From a virus (taxonomy: Duplodnaviria; Caudoviricetes), in the IMG/VR virus record IMGVR_UViG_3300029930_000001, positions 1 through 64,000 of that record: a stretch of DNA of 64,000 nt; one strand, given 5' to 3'. Under the pieces are notes generated by a model that was not told the origin of the DNA, made no database searches, and was given only the letters and a program-made list of their open reading frames with translations. The translations under genes and the position numbers were made by a program. Shown here one piece after another: positions 1 through 7,789 of this stretch. Position 1 is the stretch's first letter; each line of letters begins with the position of its first letter.

Positions 1-2
1 CC

Positions 3-161
3 AAAATCCTTTTTGTCCGAAAGGTGATTGATCAAGCCCTCCGCGACACTGCATCAGTTCAATGGCGGGTGGCTGATACCGGCGAGCAACTTGTAAGGGC
101 CACTGATCTGTTGGCGTGGGCAGAGCACATGGAAAAACAAATGGAGCAACTCATTGACTGA
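3..161 (+). CDS. 5'-truncated hypothetical protein
   Basis: Open frame from window start (KILFVRKVIDQ...EQLID*); stop overlaps the TTG start of the next ORF. Confidence 0.5.
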   Translation, partial: KILFVRKVIDQALRDTASVQWRVADTGEQLVRATDLLAWAEHMEKQMEQLID

Positions 162-372
162 CCTCTCCCCCGCCGCCCGCGCAGTGCTGAAAGCAGCCTG
201 CATCCACCACGGTTTATTCAATGAAGAAATCATTCAGCGTCGTCGCATGATCGCCGCCGCCCTGCGTGCTGCTGCGGATCAGATCACTCCATATTCCGTA
301 GAAGAAATGCCAGACGCAGCTTTCTGCCGAAACAAGCTTTTCGCCATTGCTGCTGAACTAGAGGCCCAATAG
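154..372 (+). CDS. hypothetical phage protein
   Basis: 72 aa ORF, TTG start, coupled to upstream ORF. Confidence 0.55.
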   Translation: MTDLSPAARAVLKAACIHHGLFNEEIIQRRRMIAAALRAAADQITPYSVEEMPDAAFCRNKLFAIAAELEAQ

Positions 373-423
373 GGCCTTTTTTATTGCCTTTGCCTAGAAT
401 TATCATCGTCTCGCAACAATAAT

Positions 424-735
424 ATGCTTTCCACTGATATGCGTCAACGCGTGGAGTTTATTTGCTCTCGCATTGCAAATGGCGCTTCAGTGGAATTACA
501 TGACATCACTTGGCTACAAAAGCTTGCCTCTCGCAATCCTTCCGTAGACGATCGTTTAAAACATGCTCGTTCTATTGCTATTAATGGCAGCGCTCCTCAA
601 GATAGTCTTGATGGCTTTTGTCAAGCATTAAACCTTGGCGACCCAGATCCAAGCAACCATCTATCAGGCCCACAAGATCCCATCACGCTGGCAGAATGGT
701 TTCAAAACAAGCAACGCTGGTTTAGAGGAAACTAA
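424..735 (+). CDS. cyanophage-type conserved hypothetical protein
   Basis: 103 aa; N-terminus MLSTDMRQRVEFICSRIANG resembles small proteins of picocyanobacteria and cyanophages (recalled, not searched). Confidence 0.7.
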   Translation: MLSTDMRQRVEFICSRIANGASVELHDITWLQKLASRNPSVDDRLKHARSIAINGSAPQDSLDGFCQALNLGDPDPSNHLSGPQDPITLAEWFQNKQRWFRGN

Positions 736-983
736 GCCACGTTGTCATTGTGCATGGCCCAGGTGCGATCACCAGGGATGGGCTCCATCCCGACGCTCCA
801 AGTGTCAAAATCTTGTTCATTACGCGGATCATAAACTTCCCCGTCCCGTAACCATTTAGCCAAACGTTTCTTTTCTTGTTCTTCTGAAAGCTTCATTGGA
901 ACTAGCTAGCTCTGTATTGAGCCTAGCTGACTTTGTAACGGAGCTTGTTGCACAAGCTCTCCGCTGTGCAACAGCGGCCTAGC

Positions 984-1008
984 AAAAGAAAAGGGGCCAT
1001 ACGGCCCC
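984..1008 (-). terminator. intrinsic terminator (minus strand)
   Basis: GGGGCC-ATAC-GGCCCC stem (993-1008) with A-tract 984-992 on + (U-tract on minus). Confidence 0.7.
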
Positions 1009-1225
1009 CTCTCTTTACACCCTCCGATACCTCGTTTTCCCCTTTGGCTTCACGGGGAGGCAATGCGCCCTGCAGGAGCAACCATGTAGAACCTCCTTGG
1101 CTAAGCCCAAAGGCTTCGCCCGCATCGCCCGAAGTGTCCACCCTCACGGCTCGCCCGAAGACGAGGGCAGCAATTAAGCCGCCAGGACCGAGTGCTTCGC
1201 AATCCTACCATGCCCGGTCCGTTCC
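984..1225 (-). ncRNA. candidate structured non-coding RNA
   Basis: Two C(UUCG)G tetraloops (+ strand CCGAAG at 1129-1134 and 1155-1160), GGCGGC/GCUGCC hairpin, GGACCG/CGGUCC helix, ends in a terminator; no convincing ORF. Confidence 0.4.
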
Positions 1226-1307
1226 ACAACGCCCTTGACAACCATGGCACAATGGGGAGACTGCCTCCAGAGATGGTTGCAGCCCTGCTAGCTCTCTCTC
1301 CTTCTTA

Positions 1308-1664
1308 ATGAAACGTTTCTTATCTTCTCTTCTGCTTCTTGGCTCTACCATCCTTCCGAGCCAAGCGGCAGTGCTTCAATGCGGCCATGCCTCGCACTAC
1401 GGTATTGGCGATGGTTATCACGGTCGCATTGCAGCCAATGGCTCTCGCTTCAATGCCTACGCCCTAACTGCTGCCCACCCCTCCCTTCCATTTGGCACGA
1501 AAGTGCTTGTTAAGAATCGCAACAATGGAAAGGAAGTGGCAGTGACGATCACCGATAGAGGCCCTTACGCTGGTGGGCGCATCCTCGATCTGTCCTACGG
1601 CAGTTTCTCTCGCATCGCACCTCCCTCTCAAGGCGAGGCATCCATCTGCATTTCTCGGCTATGA
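1308..1664 (+). CDS. rlpA: RlpA-family lytic transglycosylase (double-psi beta-barrel) with signal peptide
   Basis: Motifs [36 protein letters not shown]; hydrophobic N-terminus. Confidence 0.9.
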   Translation: MKRFLSSLLLLGSTILPSQAAVLQCGHASHYGIGDGYHGRIAANGSRFNAYALTAAHPSLPFGTKVLVKNRNNGKEVAVTITDRGPYAGGRILDLSYGSFSRIAPPSQGEASICISRL

Positions 1665-1837
1665 AAAACCTTGCTTCATCTGCCGTTGCTCTAATTGTCT
1701 GTGGCCTTGGAGCGTTCACCATTGCTGCTGCTCCTCATGCCATGCCAGACCATGATGGTCTGACCAAATGCATGCAGCTCCACCCCGAACGCTACTGCCG
1801 CATCGCCAACGGTTTTCCAACCAAGCCACTGCCCTGA
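1661..1837 (+). CDS. small membrane or secreted protein (58 aa)
   Basis: Translated by hand: [58 protein letters not shown]; ATGA overlap with rlpA stop. Confidence 0.65.
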   Translation: MKNLASSAVALIVCGLGAFTIAAAPHAMPDHDGLTKCMQLHPERYCRIANGFPTKPLP

Positions 1838-1847
1838 TCGACATGGC

Positions 1848-1876
1848 TTGACAAAGGCTCTCCTGGGCCTTACGCT
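1848..1876 (+). promoter_or_regulatory. sigma70-like early promoter
   Basis: TTGACA-17 bp-TACGCT followed by a GAGCCCC-TTCG-GGGGCTC hairpin. Confidence 0.7.
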
Positions 1877-1959
1877 TCCCTGGGAATGTTTGCGGAGCCC
1901 CTTCGGGGGCTCGTTTCTTCCCCTCCCTTGCTGGCGACAGCTCCTGATTTCCAACCACC

Positions 1960-2238
1960 ATGGACAAAACTGCTTTTATCAAGCGCTTTATTTTCAATGC
2001 TGGTCACAGCATTGTTTCCGTTGAGTTCATCAAAGCCGACGGTTCTTTGCGCAAGATTGTCTTCAACCCTTGCGACAGCAGGGAGATCAAAGGCACTGGC
2101 ACTGCCGTAAAGAAGCCCAATATTGTTCGTTGTCGTGATTTCTCTATCGCGCGCAAGGAAGGGCAAGGTGCATGGCGTTCGTTTGATTGCGAGCGTGTGG
2201 TGAGCATCAAAGCCAATGGTCAGCAAGTGGTGTTTTGA
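1960..2238 (+). CDS. SH3/Sm-like beta-barrel protein (WYL_2/DUF2693-like)
   Basis: V.F.KADGS.R ... WRSF motif pattern typical of phage WYL/Sm-like proteins. Confidence 0.6.
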   Translation: MDKTAFIKRFIFNAGHSIVSVEFIKADGSLRKIVFNPCDSREIKGTGTAVKKPNIVRCRDFSIARKEGQGAWRSFDCERVVSIKANGQQVVF

Positions 2239-2504
2239 TGATGGAAACCATTTCTCTCACTCGCACTCAACAAGCCATCGCCAAGATGGTCACCACTTCC
2301 ATTGGATTTGCTTGGACTTCCTATAACAATGCGGACCGTGCTGTTGCTCGCAATCTTCTACTTCGCCACATTTCTACCGCCCCTGAGCAGCTCTCCCCCA
2401 AGGACTGGGCAAGAATGATGGAAGGCAAAGGCAAGAAATATACGAAAGCCTATCTTCGTTCATTGTCAGACGCATTGCAAGATGACATTTGGAAAGTGCT
2501 CTAA
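2238..2504 (+). CDS. hypothetical protein
   Basis: TGATG overlap with upstream gene, TAATG overlap with downstream gene. Confidence 0.6.
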   Translation: MMETISLTRTQQAIAKMVTTSIGFAWTSYNNADRAVARNLLLRHISTAPEQLSPKDWARMMEGKGKKYTKAYLRSLSDALQDDIWKVL

Positions 2505-2695
2505 TGGCACTAAAAGACAATAGACGAGCAGTAATAGAGCTGGCCAAGAAGTATGGCTTTGTTCTCCATCGTGAGACAAAGCACTATATCTTCAAGCATG
2601 AGTCTGGCAAAATTCTTGTGACTAGCAAAAGCAGTATGGACAGGCATTTGTTGCACAATATTGAGGGCAACATCCGGCGCTTGCTCTCGTCTTGA
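2504..2695 (+). CDS. HicA-like mRNA interferase-fold protein (no adjacent HicB)
   Basis: 63 aa; LAKKYGFVLHRETKHYIFKHESGKILV matches the HicA dsRBD-like pattern GF...R...H..F.H..G. Confidence 0.6.
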   Translation: MALKDNRRAVIELAKKYGFVLHRETKHYIFKHESGKILVTSKSSMDRHLLHNIEGNIRRLLSS

Positions 2696-2699
2696 CCCA

Positions 2700-2719
2700 G
2701 GGGCCGCAAGGCCCCTTTT
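2700..2719 (+). terminator. intrinsic terminator
   Basis: GGGGCC-GCAA-GGCCCC-TTTT. Confidence 0.8.
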
Positions 2720-2739
2720 ATTTCGTTTTGTAACAGGGC

Positions 2740-2768
2740 TTGACCTCCGCCCCGTTTTCGTCTAATTT
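2740..2768 (+). promoter_or_regulatory. sigma70-like early promoter
   Basis: TTGACC-17 bp-TAATTT; spacer nearly identical to the promoter at 5120. Confidence 0.65.
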
Positions 2769-2810
2769 TTATCTCGTCAAGGGCAGCGACTGCCCCCCTG
2801 CTTCCAAACC

Positions 2811-3815
2811 ATGGCTCACCAGTTCACCTCCGGCGCTTTCTTCAACGGCAAAGCCGCCTGGCATCGTCTTGGCACTGTCCTTGATGGCACCCTCCCTGCT
2901 CGCGAGGCATTCCGCCTGGCCGATGCTGATTGGGACGTGGTCTCCACTCCCATTTTCGACCCCACCGGCCAGCCCATCGAGGGCTACCAGGCCATCTCTC
3001 GCGGCGACAACGGCACCGTCCTCAGCGTTCAGAAGGACTCCTACACCATCGTCCAGAACGAACAACTCATTCGTCTGGCCGAGGCCCTGCACGAAGATGC
3101 CTCCATGGATGCCGTGGTTGTTCTGCAGGAAGGTAGAAAAGTGGCCTTCACTGCTCGCATTAACAACGCAGAAGGCGAAGTGGTGAAAGGCGATGAAATC
3201 CACCAGTATTTCGTCGGCACCACCAGCCACGATGGCACCATTGCATTCCAGGCGATCTTTTCGCCTATTCGCGTGGTGTGCATGAACACGCTCTCGGCCA
3301 CGCTCAACCATGCTGCTCGTGCTGGCGCCAGCAAGCGCATGAGCATTCGTCACACGGCCAATGCCAACTCTCTCATCGATCGTCTGCCCGAGATCATCGA
3401 CATGAAGCGGCAGCAATTCACTGCCACCATTGAAGAGCTGCAGGCAATGGCTGCCAAGCCCTGCACGTCTGAAATGTTCAAGCAATATTGCCAGCAAGTG
3501 TTTGCCGACCAACTGGCCGGCACCATCAACGACAAGCGTGGCGATAAAACCACTGCACGTCCCAAGACCATTGCAGATCTTCCCCAGTGGGACTCCCTAG
3601 CCAACAAATTCGCTGGCGATGGCATTGGTTTCGATATCAAAGGCGTGCGTGGCACAATGTGGGGTGCGTACAACACCGTCACTGAGTTCCTCACGCACGA
3701 AGCTGGTCGTGGCGATGCAGACAACATCGACACTGCTCGCCGCCGCCTGGAAAGCCTCTACTGGGGCAGCGCTGCAGCCACGCTGAACAAGGCTCACGCC
3801 CTGGCCCTGGCCTGA
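2811..3815 (+). CDS. DUF932 (TIGR03299-like) phage/plasmid protein
   Basis: AWHRLG, Y..VQN, L.EGRKV, TSHDGT, PIRVVCMNTL, HT..A, G..GT.WGAYN.VTE motifs. Confidence 0.9.
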   Translation: MAHQFTSGAFFNGKAAWHRLGTVLDGTLPAREAFRLADADWDVVSTPIFDPTGQPIEGYQAISRGDNGTVLSVQKDSYTIVQNEQLIRLAEALHEDASMDAVVVLQEGRKVAFTARINNAEGEVVKGDEIHQYFVGTTSHDGTIAFQAIFSPIRVVCMNTLSATLNHAARAGASKRMSIRHTANANSLIDRLPEIIDMKRQQFTATIEELQAMAAKPCTSEMFKQYCQQVFADQLAGTINDKRGDKTTARPKTIADLPQWDSLANKFAGDGIGFDIKGVRGTMWGAYNTVTEFLTHEAGRGDADNIDTARRRLESLYWGSAAATLNKAHALALA

Positions 3816-3834
3816 TTGTTAACGATTGTTACAC

Positions 3835-3856
3835 GGGGCCGCGAACGGCCCCTTTT
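3835..3856 (+). terminator. intrinsic terminator
   Basis: GGGGCC-GCGAAC-GGCCCC-TTTT. Confidence 0.75.
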
Positions 3857-3903
3857 GATCTTATTGTTATTTCACGAGGCGCGAGCCTCCCTGCTTTACC
3901 ACC

Positions 3904-4092
3904 ATGCTCTCCCAACCATCTGCTTTCATCGAATACAAGGTGACCATGGAGCCCGTCAATGCTCCTTGGGAAAGCGTTGTCGTGGAGCGTTTCAACGGCT
4001 CCACTGCCGAGCGCGACGCCTTCCGCCTAGCACGTTCTCTTGACGGCCTGGAAGGGGCTGTCGTTCGCGTTAGCTGCTCTCAGTGCTGGTGA
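3904..4092 (+). CDS. hypothetical protein
   Basis: 62 aa ORF with CCATG start context like the other early genes. Confidence 0.6.
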   Translation: MLSQPSAFIEYKVTMEPVNAPWESVVVERFNGSTAERDAFRLARSLDGLEGAVVRVSCSQCW

Positions 4093-4097
4093 CTGCC

Positions 4098-4499
4098 ATG
4101 CTCATTCTCATTCGGGGCCTTCCTGGTTCAGGCAAATCCACTCTTGCAAAAGCAATGATTGGTACTGTTGCTGATGAACATTGGGAAGCTGATATGTTTT
4201 TTATGGAAGGTGATAAATATACCTTCGCTCCTCATCTTCTTCCTGCTGCACATTCATGGTGCCAATTTCGTACTCTCGATGCCCTCAAGAAAGGCAAGAG
4301 AGTGGTGGTGGCCAACACCTTCGTAGAGCTATGGGAATTGCAGCCCTATTTCAACATGGTGAAAGAGCTCCAGTTGCCCTGCATGCTGATTGAAGCCAAA
4401 GGCTCATGGAAATCGCTTCATAACGTGCCAGAAGAAACTATTGCCAGCATGAAGCGACGTTGGCAAGGCGTTGCTCCCTCGACAAACATTCCACTCTGA
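4098..4499 (+). CDS. P-loop kinase, AAA_33 / polynucleotide-kinase-like
   Basis: Walker A GLPGSGKST, EADMFF, VVVANTF..WE..PY, HNVP. Confidence 0.85.
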   Translation: MLILIRGLPGSGKSTLAKAMIGTVADEHWEADMFFMEGDKYTFAPHLLPAAHSWCQFRTLDALKKGKRVVVANTFVELWELQPYFNMVKELQLPCMLIEAKGSWKSLHNVPEETIASMKRRWQGVAPSTNIPL

Positions 4500-4501
4500 C
4501 C

Positions 4502-4786
4502 ATGCCTGCACGGAAAGGACTCACGGCCAATCAGCGCCTTCTCTATCTCTATTTCCTCAACCATCGTAAAAAGCACGGCAAGGCACCATGCTTTGTGCCT
4601 CGCATCCCTCAGCAAACCAGCAGACAGCCCGACTACATCACTGCCATTCAGCGCCTGGAGGAGAAGGGCTTCATTCGCGTGGATCGGCGCACGCGCCACT
4701 ACACCGGCTGGATCATGCTCGACCCTGCTCCTAACTCTGCTCCTGACTCTGCCCCTGCTTGTGCTCCTGCTGGCAATCCTGTATAG
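4502..4786 (+). CDS. putative winged-helix DNA-binding protein
   Basis: LTANQRLLYLYF ... AIQRLEEKGFIRV wHTH pattern. Confidence 0.55.
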   Translation: MPARKGLTANQRLLYLYFLNHRKKHGKAPCFVPRIPQQTSRQPDYITAIQRLEEKGFIRVDRRTRHYTGWIMLDPAPNSAPDSAPACAPAGNPV

Positions 4787-4824
4787 TCTTCTTGTTGGGC
4801 GACCAACCCCCTGTTTTTCCCACC

Positions 4825-5082
4825 ATGGCAACCTTCCCCACGCTCCATCTGAACGGCACCGGCAAGACCACGCTGCGTGATGAATACGCTGCTGCCTACC
4901 ATGCCATCGACAAGGCTATTGACGCCCTGGCCGCTGCCACACTGAACGGGCGCGATTATTATTTGCAGGCCGATGGTGCCTACTACAAGGCTCGTGATGA
5001 GCGCCAGGAGGCTCTTGACAAGCTGCGCTCTGCCCACCAGTACGTTGGCGAAATGCTGGCTGGCATCTGCGATCAAATGTGA
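4825..5082 (+). CDS. hypothetical protein
   Basis: 85 aa, PTLHLNGTG ... NGRDYY; CCATG start. Confidence 0.7.
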   Translation: MATFPTLHLNGTGKTTLRDEYAAAYHAIDKAIDALAAATLNGRDYYLQADGAYYKARDERQEALDKLRSAHQYVGEMLAGICDQM

Positions 5083-5097
5083 CGATGTGTGAAGCAA

Positions 5098-5116
5098 GGG
5101 GCCTGCTGGCCCCTTT
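5098..5116 (+). terminator. intrinsic terminator
   Basis: GGGGCC-TGCT-GGCCCC-TTT. Confidence 0.65.
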
Positions 5117-5119
5117 CGC

Positions 5120-5148
5120 TTGACTTCCTGCCCGTTCTGATCTAACTT
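5120..5148 (+). promoter_or_regulatory. sigma70-like early promoter
   Basis: TTGACT-17 bp-TAACTT; paralogous to the 2740 promoter. Confidence 0.65.
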
Positions 5149-5192
5149 TTGTTTTGTTGAGGGCCGCGAGGCCCCTCCCTAATCAACCAACC

Positions 5193-5453
5193 ATGGCATT
5201 CCGTTTCCGTTCCTCCTCTGAGCCTTCCATCTTCTCCCTGATGGCTCCCAACTTCGATCTGGTGGAATTTGTCATCTTCCCTGGCCGCGACGATGTGATG
5301 GTGCAGAAATACACGCTGAAGCTCGCTGGCGGCCGTTCCTGGCACGCTCCTGACGGGCGTCCTTCTCATCCCTCCACTGAAAAGGCCCGTGCCATCTGGC
5401 AGGAGCTTCGCACCCTCGGCTACCGCCCTCGCTCTGAATACAACGGCCTTTGA
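5193..5453 (+). CDS. hypothetical protein
   Basis: 86 aa ORF after promoter and hairpin leader. Confidence 0.65.
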   Translation: MAFRFRSSSEPSIFSLMAPNFDLVEFVIFPGRDDVMVQKYTLKLAGGRSWHAPDGRPSHPSTEKARAIWQELRTLGYRPRSEYNGL

Positions 5454-5498
5454 TCAAGACAAAGGGGCGCACTAGGCGCCCCGCTTCCCCTTAAAACA

Positions 5499-5684
5499 AT
5501 GGAAACCATCAACATTCTTGCCATCAGCAATAAAGGCAGAAGCCGCATAGGCACCCACATCACCACTGCCATTGTTGAACAAAACCATCACGATAAACTG
5601 TTCATTGTTCTGCCCCAGTTCAATCAATGTCGATGGATAAAGAAAAACAACGATCCTGATTTCCGCATTATTGAAAATGTCTAG
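5499..5684 (+). CDS. hypothetical protein
   Basis: 61 aa ORF. Confidence 0.6.
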   Translation: METINILAISNKGRSRIGTHITTAIVEQNHHDKLFIVLPQFNQCRWIKKNNDPDFRIIENV

Positions 5685-5734
5685 CTGAAAAGCTGATATT
5701 TGCCCTTTATCGAGAAAACAGCTAATTCACAACC

Positions 5735-6037
5735 ATGCTTCCCACCATTCGCACTAGTTCTGACTGCGGCCCCTACTTTCCCGTTTCCAAGCATAGTTAT
5801 CAAGCAGCAAGCTTACGTGATGTGCTTTTCCATGTGAGGCTTGCAATGGAAGACAGCGAAGACCTTATTGGTATCTTCAATGCTGAAGGCAAATGCAAAG
5901 GCATCTGGGCTAACGAGCCTGACGCTATTCCCGATGGTGAAGGAGTATGGGACAGAGGGCCAAATTGCTACGTGCTCTACAGGCCTGATAGTACAGGCGC
6001 TGGTATCTTCAACTACATGCTCGCTCGCATTAATTAA
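5735..6037 (+). CDS. hypothetical protein
   Basis: 100 aa ORF, CCATG start. Confidence 0.65.
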   Translation: MLPTIRTSSDCGPYFPVSKHSYQAASLRDVLFHVRLAMEDSEDLIGIFNAEGKCKGIWANEPDAIPDGEGVWDRGPNCYVLYRPDSTGAGIFNYMLARIN

Positions 6038-6039
6038 TC

Positions 6040-6213
6040 ATGCTTCTCGTTGATTTCTTTTCAGAAGACTGCTGCAAGGGCACTGAGCTCGTCGAAGGCT
6101 GGTACTGGTACCAGGACGATGGTGATGATGTGGGAGGGCCGTATGAAAGCGAAGAAGCGGCTATTGAGGCCGCTGAACAAGGGAGTGGGTGGTATATTCA
6201 AGGGACTCGCTAA
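6040..6213 (+). CDS. small acidic hypothetical protein (57 aa)
   Basis: Translated by hand: MLLVDFFSEDCCKGTELVEGWYWYQDDGDDVGGPYESEEAAIEAAEQGSGWYIQGTR; GWYW...GPY.SEEAA pattern. Confidence 0.65.
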   Translation: MLLVDFFSEDCCKGTELVEGWYWYQDDGDDVGGPYESEEAAIEAAEQGSGWYIQGTR

Positions 6214-6254
6214 AAAAACGGTATAGGGACTCGCTAAAAAACGGTATAGGGACT
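6201..6254 (+). repeat. 24/23-bp tandem repeat with A-tracts
   Basis: AGGGACTCGCT-A7/A6-CGGTAT twice plus a third AGGGACT at 6248. Confidence 0.9.
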
Positions 6255-6299
6255 GGCGAGAATGCGGTAATATAGGCGCTCTCTACTAGGCCGCTTTTC

Positions 6300-6335
6300 T
6301 AGTACAAATGTACCATTACTAGTACAAATGTACTA
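6300..6335. repeat. two GTAC-N4-GTAC palindromic boxes
   Basis: TAGTACAAATGTACCA (6300-6315) and TAGTACAAATGTACTA (6320-6335). Confidence 0.85.
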
Positions 6336-6361
6336 CTGGGCTGATACGGGCTCTGATACGG

Positions 6362-6471
6362 TTCCGTAGCATGATCAGGCGCTGATCAGGATCATGATCA
6401 CGGCTGGGGATGCTGCTGATCATGATCACACTGTCAGCCGATATGATTCCGTAGCATGATCACGCTGGGGC
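6362..6471. repeat. TGATCA/GATC cluster (pac- or ori-like)
   Basis: 7 GATC at 6373, 6384, 6390, 6396, 6418, 6424, 6458, six of them TGATCA; TTCCGTAGCATGATCA repeated at 6362 and 6447. Confidence 0.8.
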
Positions 6472-6515
6472 GATGGTGCCTGAGAACGGGAACCATTCTC
6501 ACCGTCCCGCACAGT

Positions 6516-6601
6516 GTTACGGATTGTTTCAATCCGGCCGGCCTCCTCTGGCTCGCGGCTCCCTCCTCTGTATTGTCTCGACAGAGACGGGCGACCGTCT
6601 C
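6516..6601 (+). promoter_or_regulatory. early promoter module (HLR1-like box, TATTGT -10, 5' hairpin)
   Basis: GTTACGGA-TT-GTTTCAAT 6516-6533; TATTGT 6571-6576; GAGACGG-GCGA-CCGTCTC 6584-6601; paralog at 7369-7454. Confidence 0.55.
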
Positions 6602-6621
6602 GCTCCTCTGTCTTCCTAATC

Positions 6622-6987
6622 ATGCTCGCTCCTTCTCTCCGCTCCCCTTCCTTCCCTCCTCTCTCTGATGCGCTCGATCGCCTCGGCTCTCTGCCATGGG
6701 AGGAGATCGGCTCTGCTCTGCTCTCTGCTCTCCTCTTCTCTCTCGCTCTTTGTCAGGCTCTCGCTGTTCGCCTCTGGCGCGAGAGAGGCCGCCTCGCTCC
6801 GCTCCTCCGCTCTCTCGCCTCTGCTCTCGATCGCCTCGCCTCCTCCCTGCCCGAGCCTCTCTCCTCCTCCTCCCCTCGCTCTGCTCTGATCAGCGCTCTG
6901 ATCGAGAGCGGAGCTGAGGCCTCCTCTGTAGCGAAGGCCTCCCGCTCTGCTCTGCTCAAGAGAGCCTCTCGCCTCGGCCTCCTCTGA
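6622..6987 (+). CDS. L/S/A/R-rich putative membrane protein
   Basis: ATG 20 nt after the promoter hairpin; hydrophobic segment IGSALLSALLFSLALCQALAV. Confidence 0.6.
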   Translation: MLAPSLRSPSFPPLSDALDRLGSLPWEEIGSALLSALLFSLALCQALAVRLWRERGRLAPLLRSLASALDRLASSLPEPLSSSSPRSALISALIESGAEASSVAKASRSALLKRASRLGLL

Positions 6988-7029
6988 TCTCCTCCTCACC
7001 AGGGAGGCCTCAGGCCTCCCTTCCCTCCC

Positions 7030-7209
7030 GTGGACTCCGTCTCTCTCTCTCGCCGCATCGCAACAATTGATCGGCTCCTGCCTCGCCTCTCGGGAGAGAG
7101 CGCCGATCGCCTGATGATCGAGCGCCGCTCTCTCCTTCGCCTCCTCCATGGAATCCCCTTAGGAGCTCCTCTGCCTCTCTCTGTCTCCTCTGCTGATCTC
7201 CTCTCCTGA
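7030..7209 (+). CDS. small hypothetical protein (59 aa, GTG start)
   Basis: Translated by hand; TGATG overlap with next ORF. Confidence 0.45.
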   Translation: MDSVSLSRRIATIDRLLPRLSGESADRLMIERRSLLRLLHGIPLGAPLPLSVSSADLLS

Positions 7210-7382
7210 TGCTCCCCTCCTGCTCTCGCTCTGCCTTGCTCGATCGGGCAGAGGCTCTCGGCCTCGCCTCCTCTGGCCTTCCCTTCGTGCTAGAGGAGCT
7301 CGCTCGCTGGCTCCCCTCTGCCACGCTTGAGGCCTTCCTTTCTGACCTAGAGGAGATCCTCTCCAATTGTGACGGAATCTGA
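7209..7382 (+). CDS. small hypothetical protein (57 aa)
   Basis: Translated by hand: ...VLEELARWLPSATLEAFLSDLEEILSNCDGI; amphipathic helical pattern. Confidence 0.55.
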   Translation: MLPSCSRSALLDRAEALGLASSGLPFVLEELARWLPSATLEAFLSDLEEILSNCDGI

Positions 7383-7454
7383 CAATCCGAGAGGGGGGGC
7401 CTTGCCTCCTCCTCTGGCTCCCCTATTGTCTCTCTTGAGACGGACGACCGTCTC
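7369..7454 (+). promoter_or_regulatory. early promoter module
   Basis: GTGACGGA-AT-CTGACAAT; TTGCCT(7402)-16 bp-TATTGT(7424); GAGACGG-ACGA-CCGTCTC hairpin 7437-7454. Confidence 0.6.
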
Positions 7455-7475
7455 CTTCCTCCTGCTCTGCTGATC

Positions 7476-7718
7476 ATGTTTCGCTCTGCTCTCGCTCTCG
7501 CTCCCTGCCTCGCTCTGTTCGCTGGCACCGTAGGCTTCGGCCTCTCGGCCTCCTCCTATGGGCAGAGAATCTCCTCCGCTCCCTCCGCTCTCGCTGCTGC
7601 TCCCTTCGCTGCTCCCTTCGCTCTCTGCGCCGCTGCTGCTGCTGCCTCCTTCGCTCTCGCCGCTGCCTCTGCCTGCGACGCTGGAGAGAAGCTCTCTCGC
7701 CGCTCTCGCTTCTCCTGA
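7476..7718 (+). CDS. Ala-rich small membrane protein
   Basis: Two hydrophobic stretches; ATG just after the promoter hairpin. Confidence 0.55.
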   Translation: MFRSALALAPCLALFAGTVGFGLSASSYGQRISSAPSALAAAPFAAPFALCAAAAAASFALAAASACDAGEKLSRRSRFS

Positions 7719-7789
7719 GGCCTGAGGCCTCCCTTCTCAGAGGGGAGGCCTTCTCTCTGCTCTCTGTTCGCTCCTTCTCTCCTCTCCTG

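Noticed and set aside
6300-6335. GTA...TAC boxes as NtcA sites
   Set aside because: Spacing is GTA-N6-TAC, not the NtcA GTA-N8-TAC.
6201-6471. Repeat clusters (also 9337-9398 and 10556-10902) as CRISPR arrays
   Set aside because: No constant repeat separated by unique 30-40 bp spacers, and no cas genes.
6584-6601. Hairpins as N4-type virion RNA polymerase promoters
   Set aside because: Loops are 4 nt, or not GNA on the template strand; they lie downstream of sigma70-like -10 elements; no giant vRNAP gene in the window.
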